Source: Blasia pusilla (taxonomy: Eukaryota). Taken from it: a stretch of DNA of 64,000 bases. Shown here in pieces: positions 21,788-35,289 of this stretch (within the stretch, counting starts at the first letter, position 1; every line of letters begins with the position of its first letter). Both the position numbers and the translations under genes were made by a program. Under the pieces are notes generated by a model. That model was not told the DNA's origin. It did no database searches and saw nothing but the letters and a program-made list of their open reading frames with translations. The stretch lies in assembly GCA_050084515.1 (NCBI GenBank), contig CM114271.1, forward strand, positions 44,020,001 to 44,084,000. Reading direction: 5' to 3'.

Positions 21788-23944
21788 TCTTTTTACAGTA
21801 ATTGAATGAGTCCGATCCCCAAGAGGATCACGATTATGTGGAAAGAGAGTTCAAGATGGCATTTATCTTGCAATCGTTGTAGTTAAGTGTTTACAATCCG
21901 GATTCAATCATTTGTCAGTGTATTCTTCTCTCTATTAGTACCAATATTTCTTTCCTTGATTCTCTCATGTGGAATTGAATTCACGCTCAGGTAGATCTTC
22001 ACTCAACATCAAAGAACCTCACAGAGACCTCAACAAGAAGCTGGCTTCTCCTACTTTCAAAACTCAATCCGTCTAGGCAGGCTACTCTCTGTCGAACATA
22101 TTTTTTACAACTCCTTGTTGATTATTCTAATGATGGAAGAGTTCTCCTGATTCACTCTTTACTTTGCAGACCCAATAAAAATTCTCAAACATAGGCATCG
22201 CACATCAAAATGAAGAAATGAGTGCTTTACTACATCAAGAATGAGAAAGCTTCAAAGTGTTATACAAGCTCGAGAGGGTAGTACTCCCTTGCTCGGACCA
22301 TTCCTACAACATAAGGACTTCGTGAAAGAATGATGATGATAGCTACTTTCATGCTTCTTAAATATCTTCCGAGGCTGTAGTAGGTCCAAAGATCTGAAGC
22401 GTCTCTTACGAATCTAGTGTCTATTGAGAGTTTGTAACCACCTTAATCCACGGTTCTCTTATCTTTTTCCTATGATCGCTATGAATCCGCTGGGCGTAAC
22501 TGTCCTAACTTCCTTTCTGGTTCAAAAAGTTGCGCCTCTTCCTAATTTAAATGTTCTAATAGTGTGCCGCTTGAAATCACTTCGAGTCTTAGTTTCACTT
22601 CGCTGCAAAGTCTAAACTTCTTCTTCTTCCCTTGAGGACGAAGCGCTGCATTCTTCGCTCTTGTTCTAGGTGCTTCGCTCTTCGTGCTTCGCTGAAGAGC
22701 GAAGTTCTTTATATACTCACAGGATTCTTCCTCTTCGTCTTCATCATGCTTCGTTCAAGAGCGAAGCACTTAATTAACAAGCTCTTAATAAGGCTTGGTT
22801 ACTGCATTTCCATCTCCTCTAAGGCAAATCCTTGATTTTCCACCTCTCTGCTTTGTCCTAGGAGCTTTGTGATCCATTTCAATATTACTCATTCTTCCAA
22901 TTCACAAACATAATATCTAAAACAATCTTATATGTACAATCTTCACTTCATAGAATCTGTATTCCTTGAATCAAAATGTATAAATCTCTAAAAGTACAAA
23001 ATCTCGGGTATCACAATTGAGTTGGAAAGGACTATTCCTCATGGAGGTGGGACGAGCGTGACTAGAGCTAGGGGAAGAGGAGAAAGAGTTGGTGAGATGT
23101 ATGCATTGGTGTTACATATATCTGATCATGAATCAGATTAGATAGAATGAGTTCATATTTATATCTTTGTAATGTATATAAGTATTAGGTTCCTCTCAAT
23201 CCAGATTTTTTGTGGGGTACTCCTCATTTGTTGTAAATACATTTTCAATAAATTTCAAAATATTCCACTGAGGAGACTTGTGAATGTGAGCCGGTCACGA
23301 ATGTTGTTCATTAAGTGAGTTCATGAAATGGATGAAAGTTTTCTCTTGACTTATAAGTGCTTGGATAAGATGGAGGGTACCATAATTGAAATGTTTGTTT
23401 GATATTAATTTAAATATTTTAAATATTTCAAACTCCTCAAAATTTACTAAATCATCAAAATAAATAATTTTATTTTATTTATTGAAAGATGGGGATTGGT
23501 AAAGGGATGTTTTTTTTTCCAAAATTAATGAAGGAAAATATATATTTGAATTGAATTGTAAAGGAAAATTATTTATGAATTGTGTTTAGTGAACAATATT
23601 GCATGGGATAGAATTTGAAAGGGATTTGGATGGAATAGAAAAAAACAATATTTTTTTATTGAATAATATAATAGGTGAATATAAATATTACAAAATTTAT
23701 AAGAAAATGGAAATATTAGATAAAAAAAATTATTTGTGCCTTGATTCATATGTAATGGAAAGGGAAATTGAAGTTTAATGAAGAAGGAAAAGATTTGCTT
23801 TGAATTTTATGGAAGGGTGAATTTACTTATTGGACTAGGATATCAATTACATTTGATTTCAGGACACTAATTACTTACAAGAGTGAAATGTAATAACTCT
23901 TCTAAGATTTTATAGAATAGTGCAGATGGTCTTCAAGTTATATC

Positions 23945-26620
23945 TATCACTCTTGCAAAGTCTCAACCCAAATGAAGTTGTGACCACAACTTTAAAAATG
24001 ACCTTTTAGACCTGCAACACTAAACCTTGAATGAAAAAAAAAATCTTTAATTTTTCATCTTGTCCAACGTTTCCATCTTGAGCTGAAATTTGGCCCACAT
24101 GGTCTCCAAGGTACATGTAGTACTATTGCTAAGCTTCATGCCAAATGGAGTTGGGACCTCAAGCTCAAAAATTTCCAAGTCCTTTTAGGACCTCAACCAT
24201 TAGACCTTCTCTCAAAATAATGTTTTTTATTTTTCATCTTGTCCAACTTTCTCATCTTAAGCTGAAATTTGGCCCACATGGTCCCCAAGGTTCATGTTCC
24301 ACTCTTGAAAAGTTTCAAGCAAAATGGAGTTGGGACTACAAGCTCAAAATTTTCTAAGTGTTTTTAGGACTCGAGCCATCACACATTCTATGAAAATAAG
24401 GTTTTTTTGTTTTCATCATCTCTAACTTTCTCATCTTGAGCTCAAATTTGTCCAACATGATCCCCAAGATTCATGTTCTATTCTTGCCAAGTTTCAAGAA
24501 AAATGGACTTGTGAGAAAACCTCACAAATTAATAACTCCTTTTCGAACCCGAACCACCAGACTTTCTCATTTTTCATCTTGTCCAAATTTTTCATCTTGA
24601 GCTCAAATTTGGCATACATCATCCCCAAGGATCATGTTCTACTCTAGCCAAGTTTGGAGCAAAAATTAACAAATCCTTCTTTGACTCGAACCATGGGACC
24701 TTTTATCAAATTAAGGTTTTTTTCATTTTTCATCTTGTCCAACTTTCCCATCTTGAGCTGCACTTTGGCCCATACAGTCTCCAAGATGCATGTAGCACTC
24801 TTGCCAAGTTTCAAGAAAAATGGAGTTTGGACCTCAAGCTCAAAAATTGGTAAGTACTTTTTTGACCCGAACTATCATATCTTCTATGAAAATAAGGTTT
24901 TTTCATTTTTCATCTTGTCCAACTTTCTCATCTTGATCTCAAATTTGGCCAACATGATTCCCAAGGTTCATGTTATACTCTTGCCAAGTTTTAAGCAAAA
25001 TGAATTTGTGAGAAAAACCTCAAAAATTAATAACTTCTTTTTGGACCCAAACCATCAGACCTTTTATCAAATTAAGGTCTTTTAAATTTTCCTCTTGTCC
25101 AAATTTCCCATCTTGAGCTACAATTTGGCCCACACGGTCTTCAAGGTGCATGTATCATTCTTGCCAAGTTTCCAAAAAAAAAGGAGTTGTGAGCAAAACT
25201 TCACAAATTAATAAGTCCTTTTTTGACCCAAACCATCACACCTTCTATCAAATTAAGGTTTTTCTTCATTTTTCATCTTATTCAATTTTCCCATCTTCAA
25301 CTGAAATTGGGCACACATTTTTCCCAGGGTGCATATTCCACTCTTTCCAAGTTTCAAGAAAAATGGATTTATGAGCAAAACCTCACAAATTCATAACTCC
25401 TCTTTGGACCCAAACCATCAAACCTTTTATCAAAATAAGGATTTTTCTATTTTCATCTTGTCCAAATTTCCCATCTTGAGCTCCATTTTGGCTCATAGGG
25501 TCTCTATGGTGCATGTAGCACTTTTGTCAAGTTTCAAAAAAAATGGAGATGAGACCACAAGCTCAAAAATTTCCAAGTCCTTTGACCCGAACCATAAGAC
25601 CTTCCAAAGGGGTTCATTTTTCATCTTGTCCAACTTTCTCATCTTGAGCTGAAATTTGGCATACATAATCCCCAAGATTCATGTCCTAATTTTTCCAAGT
25701 TCCAAGAAAAATGGAGTTGTAAGCAAAACCTCACAAATTAATAACTCTTTTTTAGACCCGAACCATCAAACCTTCTAATTATAGAAATAATGTTTTCTCA
25801 TTTTTCGTCTTGTCCAAATTTCTTATCTTGAGCTGAAATTTGGCTCACATGGTCTCCAAGGTTCATGTTACACTTTTGCCAAGTTTCAAGCAAAATGGAG
25901 TTGTGACCATAAGTTCAAAAATTGGCAACTCCTTTTTTGACCTGAACCAACAAACCTTGAATAAAAAGAAGATCTTTTTATTTTTCCACTGGTCCAACTT
26001 TCTCATCTTGAGCTGAAATGTGGCCCATATGATCTCCAAGGTGCAAGTAGCACTCTTGCCAAGTTTTAAGCAAAATGGAGCTCGGAGAAAAACCTCAATA
26101 ATTGGTAAGTCCTTTTTGGACCCAAATCATCAATCCTTGAATGAAAATAGGGTTTTTTCATTTTTCATCTTGTCCAGATTTTCCATTTTGAGCAAAAATT
26201 TGTCCCACATGGTCCCCAAGGTGCATGTTCCACTCTTGCCAAGTTTCAAGTAAAATGGAGTTGTGAGAAAAACCTCACAAATTAATAAAGTGTTCACAAA
26301 TTAAGAACTGAAAAACCTCACAAATTAATAACAAATATCATGTTGTCCAAATTTTCTATCTTGAGGTGAAATTTGGCCCACATGGTCTCCCAGATGTATC
26401 TAGTAGTGTTTCCAAGTTTTACCCAAAATGGAGTTGTGACCAAAACCTCAAAAATAGTAAGTACGTAACCCTAAACCATTAAACCTTCAATGCAAATAAG
26501 GTTTTTTCATTTTCCATCATGTCCAACTTTCCCAAGTTGTCTTTGTAGCACTCTTGCAAAGTTTTGAGCAAAATGGAGTTGTGACCATGAGCTCAAAATC
26601 ACACTTGCCAATTGGACCTT
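23945..26620. repeat. Diverged tandem array, ~180-bp monomer, about 15 copies
   Basis: The motif ttttcatcttgtccaa...atcttgagctgaaatttggccca...ctcttgccaagtttcaag recurs at about 24051, 24231, 24411, 24727, 24907, 25088, 25269, 25449, 25801, 25981 and 26161. Confidence 0.92.
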
Positions 26621-28131
26621 CAATGTAAAAACGAATGCTTTATTAGCGAGAAGGTTATAAAAGGAATGTCATAAAAATGACATTCTTACAATAGTCAACA
26701 AAAAATAAGTTTTCTACAACTATCTACTAATCTGTTTGACTAAATTTACTAATTACTCTTCTAGTCTAGGTTGATGGTTGGGTAATTAATATTTTAATTC
26801 TAGTGGATTAAGATGTAAGCGGTAATTTGACGGCTCAATAGTTCGAAGTAAGGTGGATCAGCGACAAGTTCCTATTTCAGTTGTTTCATCGTCGGAGGAA
26901 ATGTATGAAATATCCATGCCATGATTGATTGGTTGAGAATTTGGAACCATAGGTATGAGAACATCATTATTGTTAGGCTCATCAACTAAGTCCACCGTTT
27001 CAACGCTTAAATATTATGGAGGAGTATCCCGCATAGGTTCACTAGACTCGGTGGAACAATTCTGAACTCCTATTGGTGCAAAAATCTGAGGGTCGTAGGT
27101 TGTATTAGGAGAAGTGTTGGGCAGATTGGATTCGCTTGAAGCTCTCCGTTGTTGCTCTTCCTCCTGCTCTCAAATCCAATGTTCCATTTGAATCTTCCAA
27201 GCCTCTCGGAGTCAAAATTTTCAGATTTTCCGATATGAGTATCCTCTCTCCCTTTGATGCCATGAATTCCGCATATCACATCCGCCTCCTTTAGGTCCTC
27301 ATCTTGCAATTCAAGGTTATCTTCATGATTACTATCACGGTTTCTTGCATGCAAGCTAGATTCACTGCCATCTTCTACTACCCTTCTAGCTTGTTCTTGT
27401 CCATCCCTTTCAGAAAAGTATTGCTCATACAAGAGCGCTTCTCTTGATTTTCGAGAAACACCCTTGTCTGCAAATGGTGAGTTTGTGTAGATGTACACCA
27501 AATCCCTGGCATGCTTGTTGGTCAATTTATTCCTGTGCTTGTTGTGGATGAAACCATAACTACTCCAATTTCTCTCTGTTGAAGAAGATGAAACCACTTG
27601 TGCTAATATGGACTTAGCCACAGAGCGCAATGTTGGTGCACCTTGACTGTGCATGCTCCACCAATAAGAGGGGCCAAGTGAATCAACTACTTCCCTACCA
27701 AACTCATCCACAAATAGTTCTTCATGGTTCATAATGTTGCCAAACTCTTGCAAGCAAGTAGCCACATAAAAATTAGCCTTGGTGACATAGAGGTCATGCA
27801 CCCCCTTTGCATAGAGTTTCAGATATTGTTTGAAATCTCTTATGCACTCATCATTTGAAGTGACGTCTTGAACAATATCAAGAAGATTGTAAGGGGCGAG
27901 AATGTAGCCTATTGCATGTAACTTGTTGTGGATAAGTGCCCACCACCTAGAAATAACATCAATCATCTCCGTAGCTCTAGACATTGTGACAAAATAATCG
28001 CGACACCTTCCACCCACACCGGGCCATGGAGTTACAAGAAAAGAACGAGTCTCTTCCATTATCTAAAAAATATGGCGATAAATACATGCCGTCATTGCTT
28101 TATCACCATCACACTCTCTCAATAGAATAAT

Positions 28132-31100
28132 TGTGAGAAAACAGAATGTGATGAAATCGCTCAAATCTATTACAAATCTTGGAGATACAAAGTGGCATAG
28201 TCCGTCCATGCGCTCACAGAAGAGCTTCGATGGAACCTGAACATGGAGATAACTCGACATATGAGAATGCGCTATCGCTGCGACTCTCGGCTATTCCACT
28301 ACTCGAGAAACTAAGGTTTTTAACCTATTTTTCTTTATTTTTATTAATAGAAAAATTTTGCATCAGGATGCAAGGCATCTTGATGCAATATAGGGTTAGA
28401 TAGTCCTAGTAACGCTACTCCAAAAACCACCTACGTCATATTACTATGACTCCTTCGATGTCTAAGTCGGAACCATCAATCTAGGCTTCTCCTCATACAA
28501 GGGGGCCGATCACATTAATGGTGCTCAAAGAAATGGATGTTGAGAATCCAACACCCCCCCTCAATATCCACTCTCATATGGACTATTGTCTTGTACCGAT
28601 GCCAAGACCCATCAAATGTCGTTGAAGCTGATCTCCGCTCAAAGCTTTCGTGAAGATGTCTGCACGGTTATCCTCTGTTGGACAATAGACTAACTTCAAA
28701 ACCTCTCTCTTGATCAACTCACGAACAAAATGAAACGGGATCTCTATGTGTTTTATAGGAGCATGAAACACAGGATTATGTACTATGGCAATTCAACTCT
28801 GATTGTCATACCACATTACCGTAGCACTATCTGGTGCTTCTCCTATGTCCTTATATATCCATCTCAACCATACTGCTTCACAAGAAGCATGACAAGCCGT
28901 CTTGTACTCTGCCTACGTAGAAGAAAGAGCCACTGTAGGTTGCTTCTTGTTGACCCATGACACCACACTTGATCCTACCAAGAAAAAATAACACGAAACT
29001 GATCTTCGAGAATCTAAGTCTCCTGCCCAATCCGAGTCACAAAAGGCACTATTGAGTAAGACATCACCTATGGAGCACAGATCATTTCGGTCCGTGCTCC
29101 ATAGGTGATGTCATACTCGATAGTGCCTTTGATGTACTTCAACACATGAATCTCTGCCTTCCAATGATTCTCACGAGGCTTAGTTGAGAACCTACTCAAC
29201 ACTCCCACAACGGAGTTAATGTCTGGTCTTGTGTTGCACAAAAATATCAAATTTTCCATAAGCTTTCTGTACAACTTTTCATCTACCGATGGTGCAACAT
29301 CCTTCATTGAGAGTTTCAACTCTATCTCCATTGGCGAGACCACTGCCTTACACTCGATCATCCCGAATCCCTTTAAGATTTCTCTAGCACACTTTTGTTG
29401 AGAGAGAAAAATAGAATTGACTGTTGCCAAATCTCGAGCCCTATAAAGTAGTGCAAAAGATCTAAATTTGACATTTCAAACTCAGATTTCAACACATCTT
29501 TCATTTCTCTATTTTCTTACTGTGGTATCTTGTGATGATCAGATCATCCACATACAAGACTATCAACATATACATCCCATCTTTGCAAAATACATACAAA
29601 TTTTCTTCTGATGGACTCTTGATGAGACCCCTCTCTCGTAAGAATGTTTCTATTCGTTGATACCATACCCTTTGGGCTTGCTTCAACCCATACAATTCTC
29701 GATGAAGCAAACACACTTTCTCTTCTGATCCGGGTGTCTCAAAACCAGGTGGTTGACATACATACACCTCCTCCTTGAGACTCCCGTTCAAAAAAGTAGA
29801 CTCCACATCGTATTGGTATACATGCCAACCTCTTGTTCCTGCCACCGCTAGAACAATTTGAATGGTTGTCATCCTTGCATTAGGAGCAAAAGTCTTATAG
29901 TAATCAAAACCTTTGATCTGTGAACATCCTTGTGCAATCAACCTTGCTTTGAGTGTATCCAATGTACCGTCCGCCTTGTACTTGGTCTTGTACACCCACT
30001 TGGTGCGTATTATCTTCTTGTCCTTTGGCTTCTCAACCAAAGTCCAAGTTTCATTTCTTTCAATAGTGTCCATCTCCATCTGTATGACCTTTCTCCATTG
30101 AGGATGAGCAAGAGCTTCATCCAAGCATGATGGCTCCTCCACCTTCAAGACCTCTATCATCAAGGCCATGTTGACGAGATGTGCAGAAGCTCTATCCTCT
30201 AGTCTCTTGGATCTCCTTGGATGTATAACAATCTTCATCAATTGCTGGTGGATCCTTATCATCCAAGAGCTCTTTTATCCACTTAGAGTATGACGACTGT
30301 AGTGGAAGAGCAAAGTGCTCTTTGCAATCATCACCAAATTCTTCTTCTTGATGATCAGGTGTAAATATTGATGGTGTGCTTTGGTGGGTTATCTCTTTAT
30401 TTGATGATAATGTGGACGGACCACGGATATCCGCTACTTGACGAGGCTCTTCTTGGAAGACCACATCACGACTCACAAGCATCTTCTTTGCCTCATGACA
30501 CCATACTTGATAAGCTTTAGACTCATCATTGTATCCTATAAAGATGCACTTCCTACTCTTGGACTCCGGCTTGGTCCTTGATGCTTCACGAATATGTATA
30601 AGCACTCACTACCAAAAGTCCTGAAGCATTGGACTGATGGTACCTTACTTGAGTATGCTTGATGAGGAGTCATGCCTTGCACTGACTTGGTAGCACTTAT
30701 ATTTAGAATATAAACGGTAATATTAAGAGCTTCAGCCCAAAATCCTTCTGTCAAACCTTTTGCTTTCATCATACATCTTGCCATCTCCACCACTGTACGG
30801 TTTCGACGCTCAACAACTCCATTTTGTTATCGTGTATGTGCCATGGTTAACTATCACTTGATTCCATGCTCCCCCAAGTATTTATTGAATTCTGTTGATA
30901 AGAATTCTCCTCCTCGATCAATGCGAAGCTTCTATACCTTCTTTCCTGTCTCATTCTCAACCAACTTGTGCCATACTTAAAATTTTCCAAAAGCACTAGC
31001 CTTAGCACGAAGGAAATACACCCACATCTTCCTACTATAATCGTCGAAAACTAAAAAGAAGTAGGAAGAACCACCTAATGCCAATGTTCTCATTTTACCA

Positions 31101-32933
31101 TACAGGTCAACATGTATCAGCTCTAGAGGAGCCTTTGCTCTATTGCTGGACTCTTGTGGAAATGGTTGTCGGTGTTGCTTGCCCATCATACAAGCTTCAC
31201 ATATATCCGACACTCCAAATTTTTTTGATAAATCAGCAACCATGCGAGATTTCTACATCTGACTTAGTAAAAAGCTTAGGTGATCAAATCTTTCATGCCA
31301 CAACTTACTTCTACTAAGATCTATACCTACACTTTTCGTGAAAGCATAAAACTCATAGATATTTCCACGTTGTATACCTTCACCCACTACTTTCCCATTG
31401 GCATCCTCAATGACTCCTCCAGATTTCTTGAAACGAACGTCTAAGCCGCGATCACATAATACTGCTATTGAAAGAAAATTGCGCTTCAATTCTCGTACGT
31501 ACATTACATCAATTAACTCCTTTTCATCTCCTTTTTGTGAGACTAAAGAAATTATGTCTTTCCCTTCTATAGGGTATTTTGCATTATTCCCAACAATAAC
31601 AACAATGGGCTCCTTTAGAGGCTGTAAGGAGCTATACTAATCCTTATGATTGGTTATATGCCTAGATGCCCCACTATCAAGCATGCATCTTCACTCTTTG
31701 ACTTAGTGGAATATTCTGCCAGTGTGCAAAACTCTTTGATTGCTACCCAAGCATCTATCTCATGTTCTCCCAGTTCTACAAAATTTCCAGACTCCTTCGT
31801 AGGTCTTAAACAACCGTTCTTCTCATCCTGACTCTTCTTTCTACAATTCTTGACATTTGAACTGTAATCCTGATTTTTACCTCTCTGTACGTTGGCAATA
31901 AATGCTGCATCACTTCCCTCTCTTGCTTTGAAGCGTATTTCCTCTTCTACCAACATTGCACTAAATTGTTCAAAAGTAAGTGCCGTGGATCACACTTAGT
32001 ATTCAATGTAGTGACCAAACTGTCATACCTCGGAGAAAAAATCCTTATGCACCGACGTGCCAAATCTTCCCTAGACTTTGAAATTCCTACCGACGCCATC
32101 TCATCTAGAAGATTCTTGATCCTCGTAAAAAATTGCTTCGCGCTTTCTCCTTCTGAAAATTTTTCGGAGGTAAGCTGATTTTCTAAATTTTGAATCCGAG
32201 TCTCATTCCTGGTTTCATACTAATTCTTCAGAATGCTCCACGCCTCAATAGTAGTGAAAAAATCAGTTACATTCCTAACAATCCCATATAGGGCATCAAC
32301 ATTTATGCGTTTCCACGCCAGCAATACAACAGGATCCATATCACCAAATTTTGAACTTTCACAATGTATAGTTAGACCCATCTAACTTCCCTCCACCCAA
32401 CGGAGGAGAGCAAGCACGAACTGGCAAAGAAGTAGCCATCTTTCAAGAGTTTATACAAACAAACTAGATCGCCAAATACAAAATACTAGAAAACGTACTG
32501 CTCTGATACCATGTGTGAAAACAGAATGTGATGAAATCACTGAAATCTATTACAAATCTTGGAGATATAAAGTGGCATCGTCCGTCCGTACGCTCACAGA
32601 AGAGCTTCGATGGAACCTGAACATGAAGATAACTTGACATACGAGAATGCACTACTGTCGCAGCTCCCCACTATTTCACTACTCAAGAAACTAGGGGTTT
32701 TTACCTATTTTTCTTTATTTCTATTAATAGAAAAATTTTGCATCAAGGTGCCTTGCACTCTAATGCAATATAGGATTAGATAATCCTAGTAACGCTAATC
32801 CAAAAACCACCTACGTCATATTACTATGACTCCATCAACGTCTAAGTCTAAACCATCAATCTAGGCTTATCCTCATACAAGGGAGCCGATCGGATTAATG
32901 GTGCTCAAAGAAGTGGAAGTTGAGAATCCAACA
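28132..32933 (-). mobile_element. Complete degenerate Ty1/Copia LTR retrotransposon
   Basis: LTRs 28132-28553 and 32512-32933 (TG...CA, about 422 bp). TSD ATAAT on both sides. tRNA-iMet-type PBS TGGTATCAGAGC (32500-32511 minus). PPT at 28554-28564. Confidence 0.97.
28583..32380 (-). pseudogene. pol: Copia gag-pol (protease, integrase, RT, RNase H) with stops and frameshifts
   Basis: CEACMMGKQHR, LELIHVDL, KWVYKTK...KARLIAQG, LYGLKQA, LYVDDL, TRPDI, KHIEIPFHFVRE, ADIFTKAL; integrase lies before RT. Confidence 0.95.
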
Positions 32934-34989
32934 ATAATAGTTGGTTGAGTTGCAGCAAATAACTCCTCATCCTCAATCCAAAAATCGTGATTGGCCACAG
33001 TAGTCTCAATCTCTCGTGCCTTCTCCCTTTGTCTCACATCCTTGCCATTGAAATACTCCCTAAAAGCATTGGTGGCTCCCTCAATTCTGAGACGCGTCCC
33101 AACATGATAAAATTTGTGGCAAAGCGTGTGTCTGCAGGAAACAACAATCATCTCTTCACCTGATTGGTTTCCATGAATTTGGCCGTCACCCAAGTTCTAG
33201 TCTTTACAAATACTACCATCTCACAAGCTTGTGCAAAAATCTTGTCCACCCAAGGCCATTTACCCCACTCTTCATTGATTCGATCAAGAGAATGTGATAC
33301 GCATCTACCCCAAAGAATATGAGGGAACTTTGCTTTGATAAATTTTCACGTTGCTCACTCATTGCTAGTATTGTTTGTCACAAGTTGCAACACATTCTTT
33401 GGACTATGCGCATGATAGTCCTCTCTATGTGAGCTGCCAACCATTCCGCCATTTCGGATTCTCCCTTGGTGTCTATCGACTCAATCATGACCTTACCTTG
33501 TGGACATGAGACGATTATGTTCACCAAAGAGTCAATCCTCACATTGGTCCAAGAATCCATTACAATCGTGGCCCCCAAACGCAAATTTTCCAATCTGCCA
33601 TCCACCTTTTCCTTCACCTTTTGCATATGTTTCTCAAGTAGGTTGATGCACAACGAATTGTAACTTGGACGTGAGTAACCCTTCACCTTTATTGTTGCTA
33701 ACACTATTTGTTTGAAAGCATCTTGCCGTACAACGTTGAATGGTATTCCACATTTGTAGAAACAGTTCGCCCATATGTCATTCGCAACTTCTATTCCTTA
33801 GATGTTGAAAGAATCCCTCAGATCGGCTTGCTTCTTCCCATAACTACAACTCCCTCGAATGGGCCTTAAAACTCCTCTATATTCCTTGAGACTGTCACTC
33901 GGTGGCATGTCCCCAACCCCATTAACATTTTGCACAACACAAATACTATTTCCTGTTTGTTGCAAACCTATTTGTAATGGATTCATCTCTTCCACTTCAC
34001 TCAAAGGTCTCGCTTTCCTTCTTTGTTCGTTTCCCACTAGTACCCTCTTTCGGAGATTCCGTTGCACGCTAGGAGGGATCTTCACGTATAATTTGGCATG
34101 ATAGATATCGTGATTCCCATCCTTTGTCTTTTGTCTCTCTCGTGTAAAATGCTCCACCATCTGCGTGCTATGATAGGTTTTTATAGAGTAGGAACAATAC
34201 TTGCACAGCCATGTGCTTGATGTTCCACGTGCCATCTGTGCTTCTTCCCAATGTTCCTTCACGATCTGTTGGAGTTCTCTCGCTTTGGTCATGACTATAG
34301 GCAGACACTAACACCACCCAACAATATTTGCATAATTTGCAACAATTTACTATGTCAATAGTAGGATATATCGACAAGTAAAATGTATGCAAATTACACC
34401 AAATATTATCCCTGAATGTTCCAATAACAAAACTTGGAACATTCATTATGAAGAAGAAAGATCAATATGCTAACCTAGATAACCGAGATACCTTAACTAA
34501 TCAGGGTTATCCGGTGGCAAAACACATTCTCACTTATCAAGTTCAACTATCTATGGAGAAAAAAAACTTCAGAGAGAGAGAGAGTTTATAAAAAAATGAG
34601 CAAGTTTATATAGGGGAGGATGGAAGGAAGATAATGAACCCTTCTAACTTCCCAAATCATCTAATCCCACTTACAATTGATTACTAAACCATCTCCACTA
34701 ATTTTCATTTAACAAACCTACTTTTATTCTCCTATTAGATTCCTTCTTGACCTATCCTAACTTCTTGACCAATTCTAAATTTCCAACATACCTATTTTGT
34801 AATTCAACCACCCTATTCAAATCTATTTATATATTGCCCTTCCTTTCTCTACCACTACTATCACATATTCTTCAATTACTCTCATTTCTAACTAACCTAT
34901 CCTCTACTACAACCACCCAATTCCAACCTCTCAAGCCGTCAATCACCCAACCCGTAGACAAATTCATTTAATACCCCACTAATATCACA

Positions 34990-35214
34990 GGGCCCATCCA
35001 CAACCCTCTGGCCTGCACCAAGCCCGCACAACCTGCGCCCTAGCCCGTAGGCGGGCTCCAAAGTGCACAACAAGCCCTCGCGCAGGCTCTAGGGCCCGCA
35101 AGTAGCCCACGCCCTAGCCTGCAGGCGGGCTCCAGATCCCGCAACTAGCCCGTAGGCGGGCTCAAAGGCCCGTAACGAGCCCACACGCGGGCTTGTTGCG
35201 GGCCTTTGCTACTA
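34990..35214 (-). repeat. GC-rich subterminal repeats and probable 5' TIR of the hAT element
   Basis: Clustered GCCCG(C/T)A and GCGGGC motifs ending in TTTGCTACTA (minus strand TAGTAGCAAA), upstream of the transposase. The other end was not found. Confidence 0.6.
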
Positions 35215-35289
35215 CACAAGTAATCCAAGCATACCCCATTCTCATGGATGGGCCCGCAAAGTGGATGCTAGAGAGCGAGATTGGATCCT

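Larger units (their letters stand above)
27070..34292 (-). pseudogene. hAT transposase (BED finger, DUF659-type core, hATC dimerisation domain), disrupted and split by a Copia insertion
   Basis: W...WLCKYC...H (BED); PSYNSL; TIVMDSWTNV...LVNIIV; IISRWW..IHNKLHAIGYIL; WWSMHSQGAPTLRSVAKSILAQVVSSSSTERNWSSYGFIHNKHRNKL. Confidence 0.9.

Noticed and set aside
24145-26253. Phe/Ser/Lys-rich ORFs
   Set aside because: Translations of the 180-bp tandem array.
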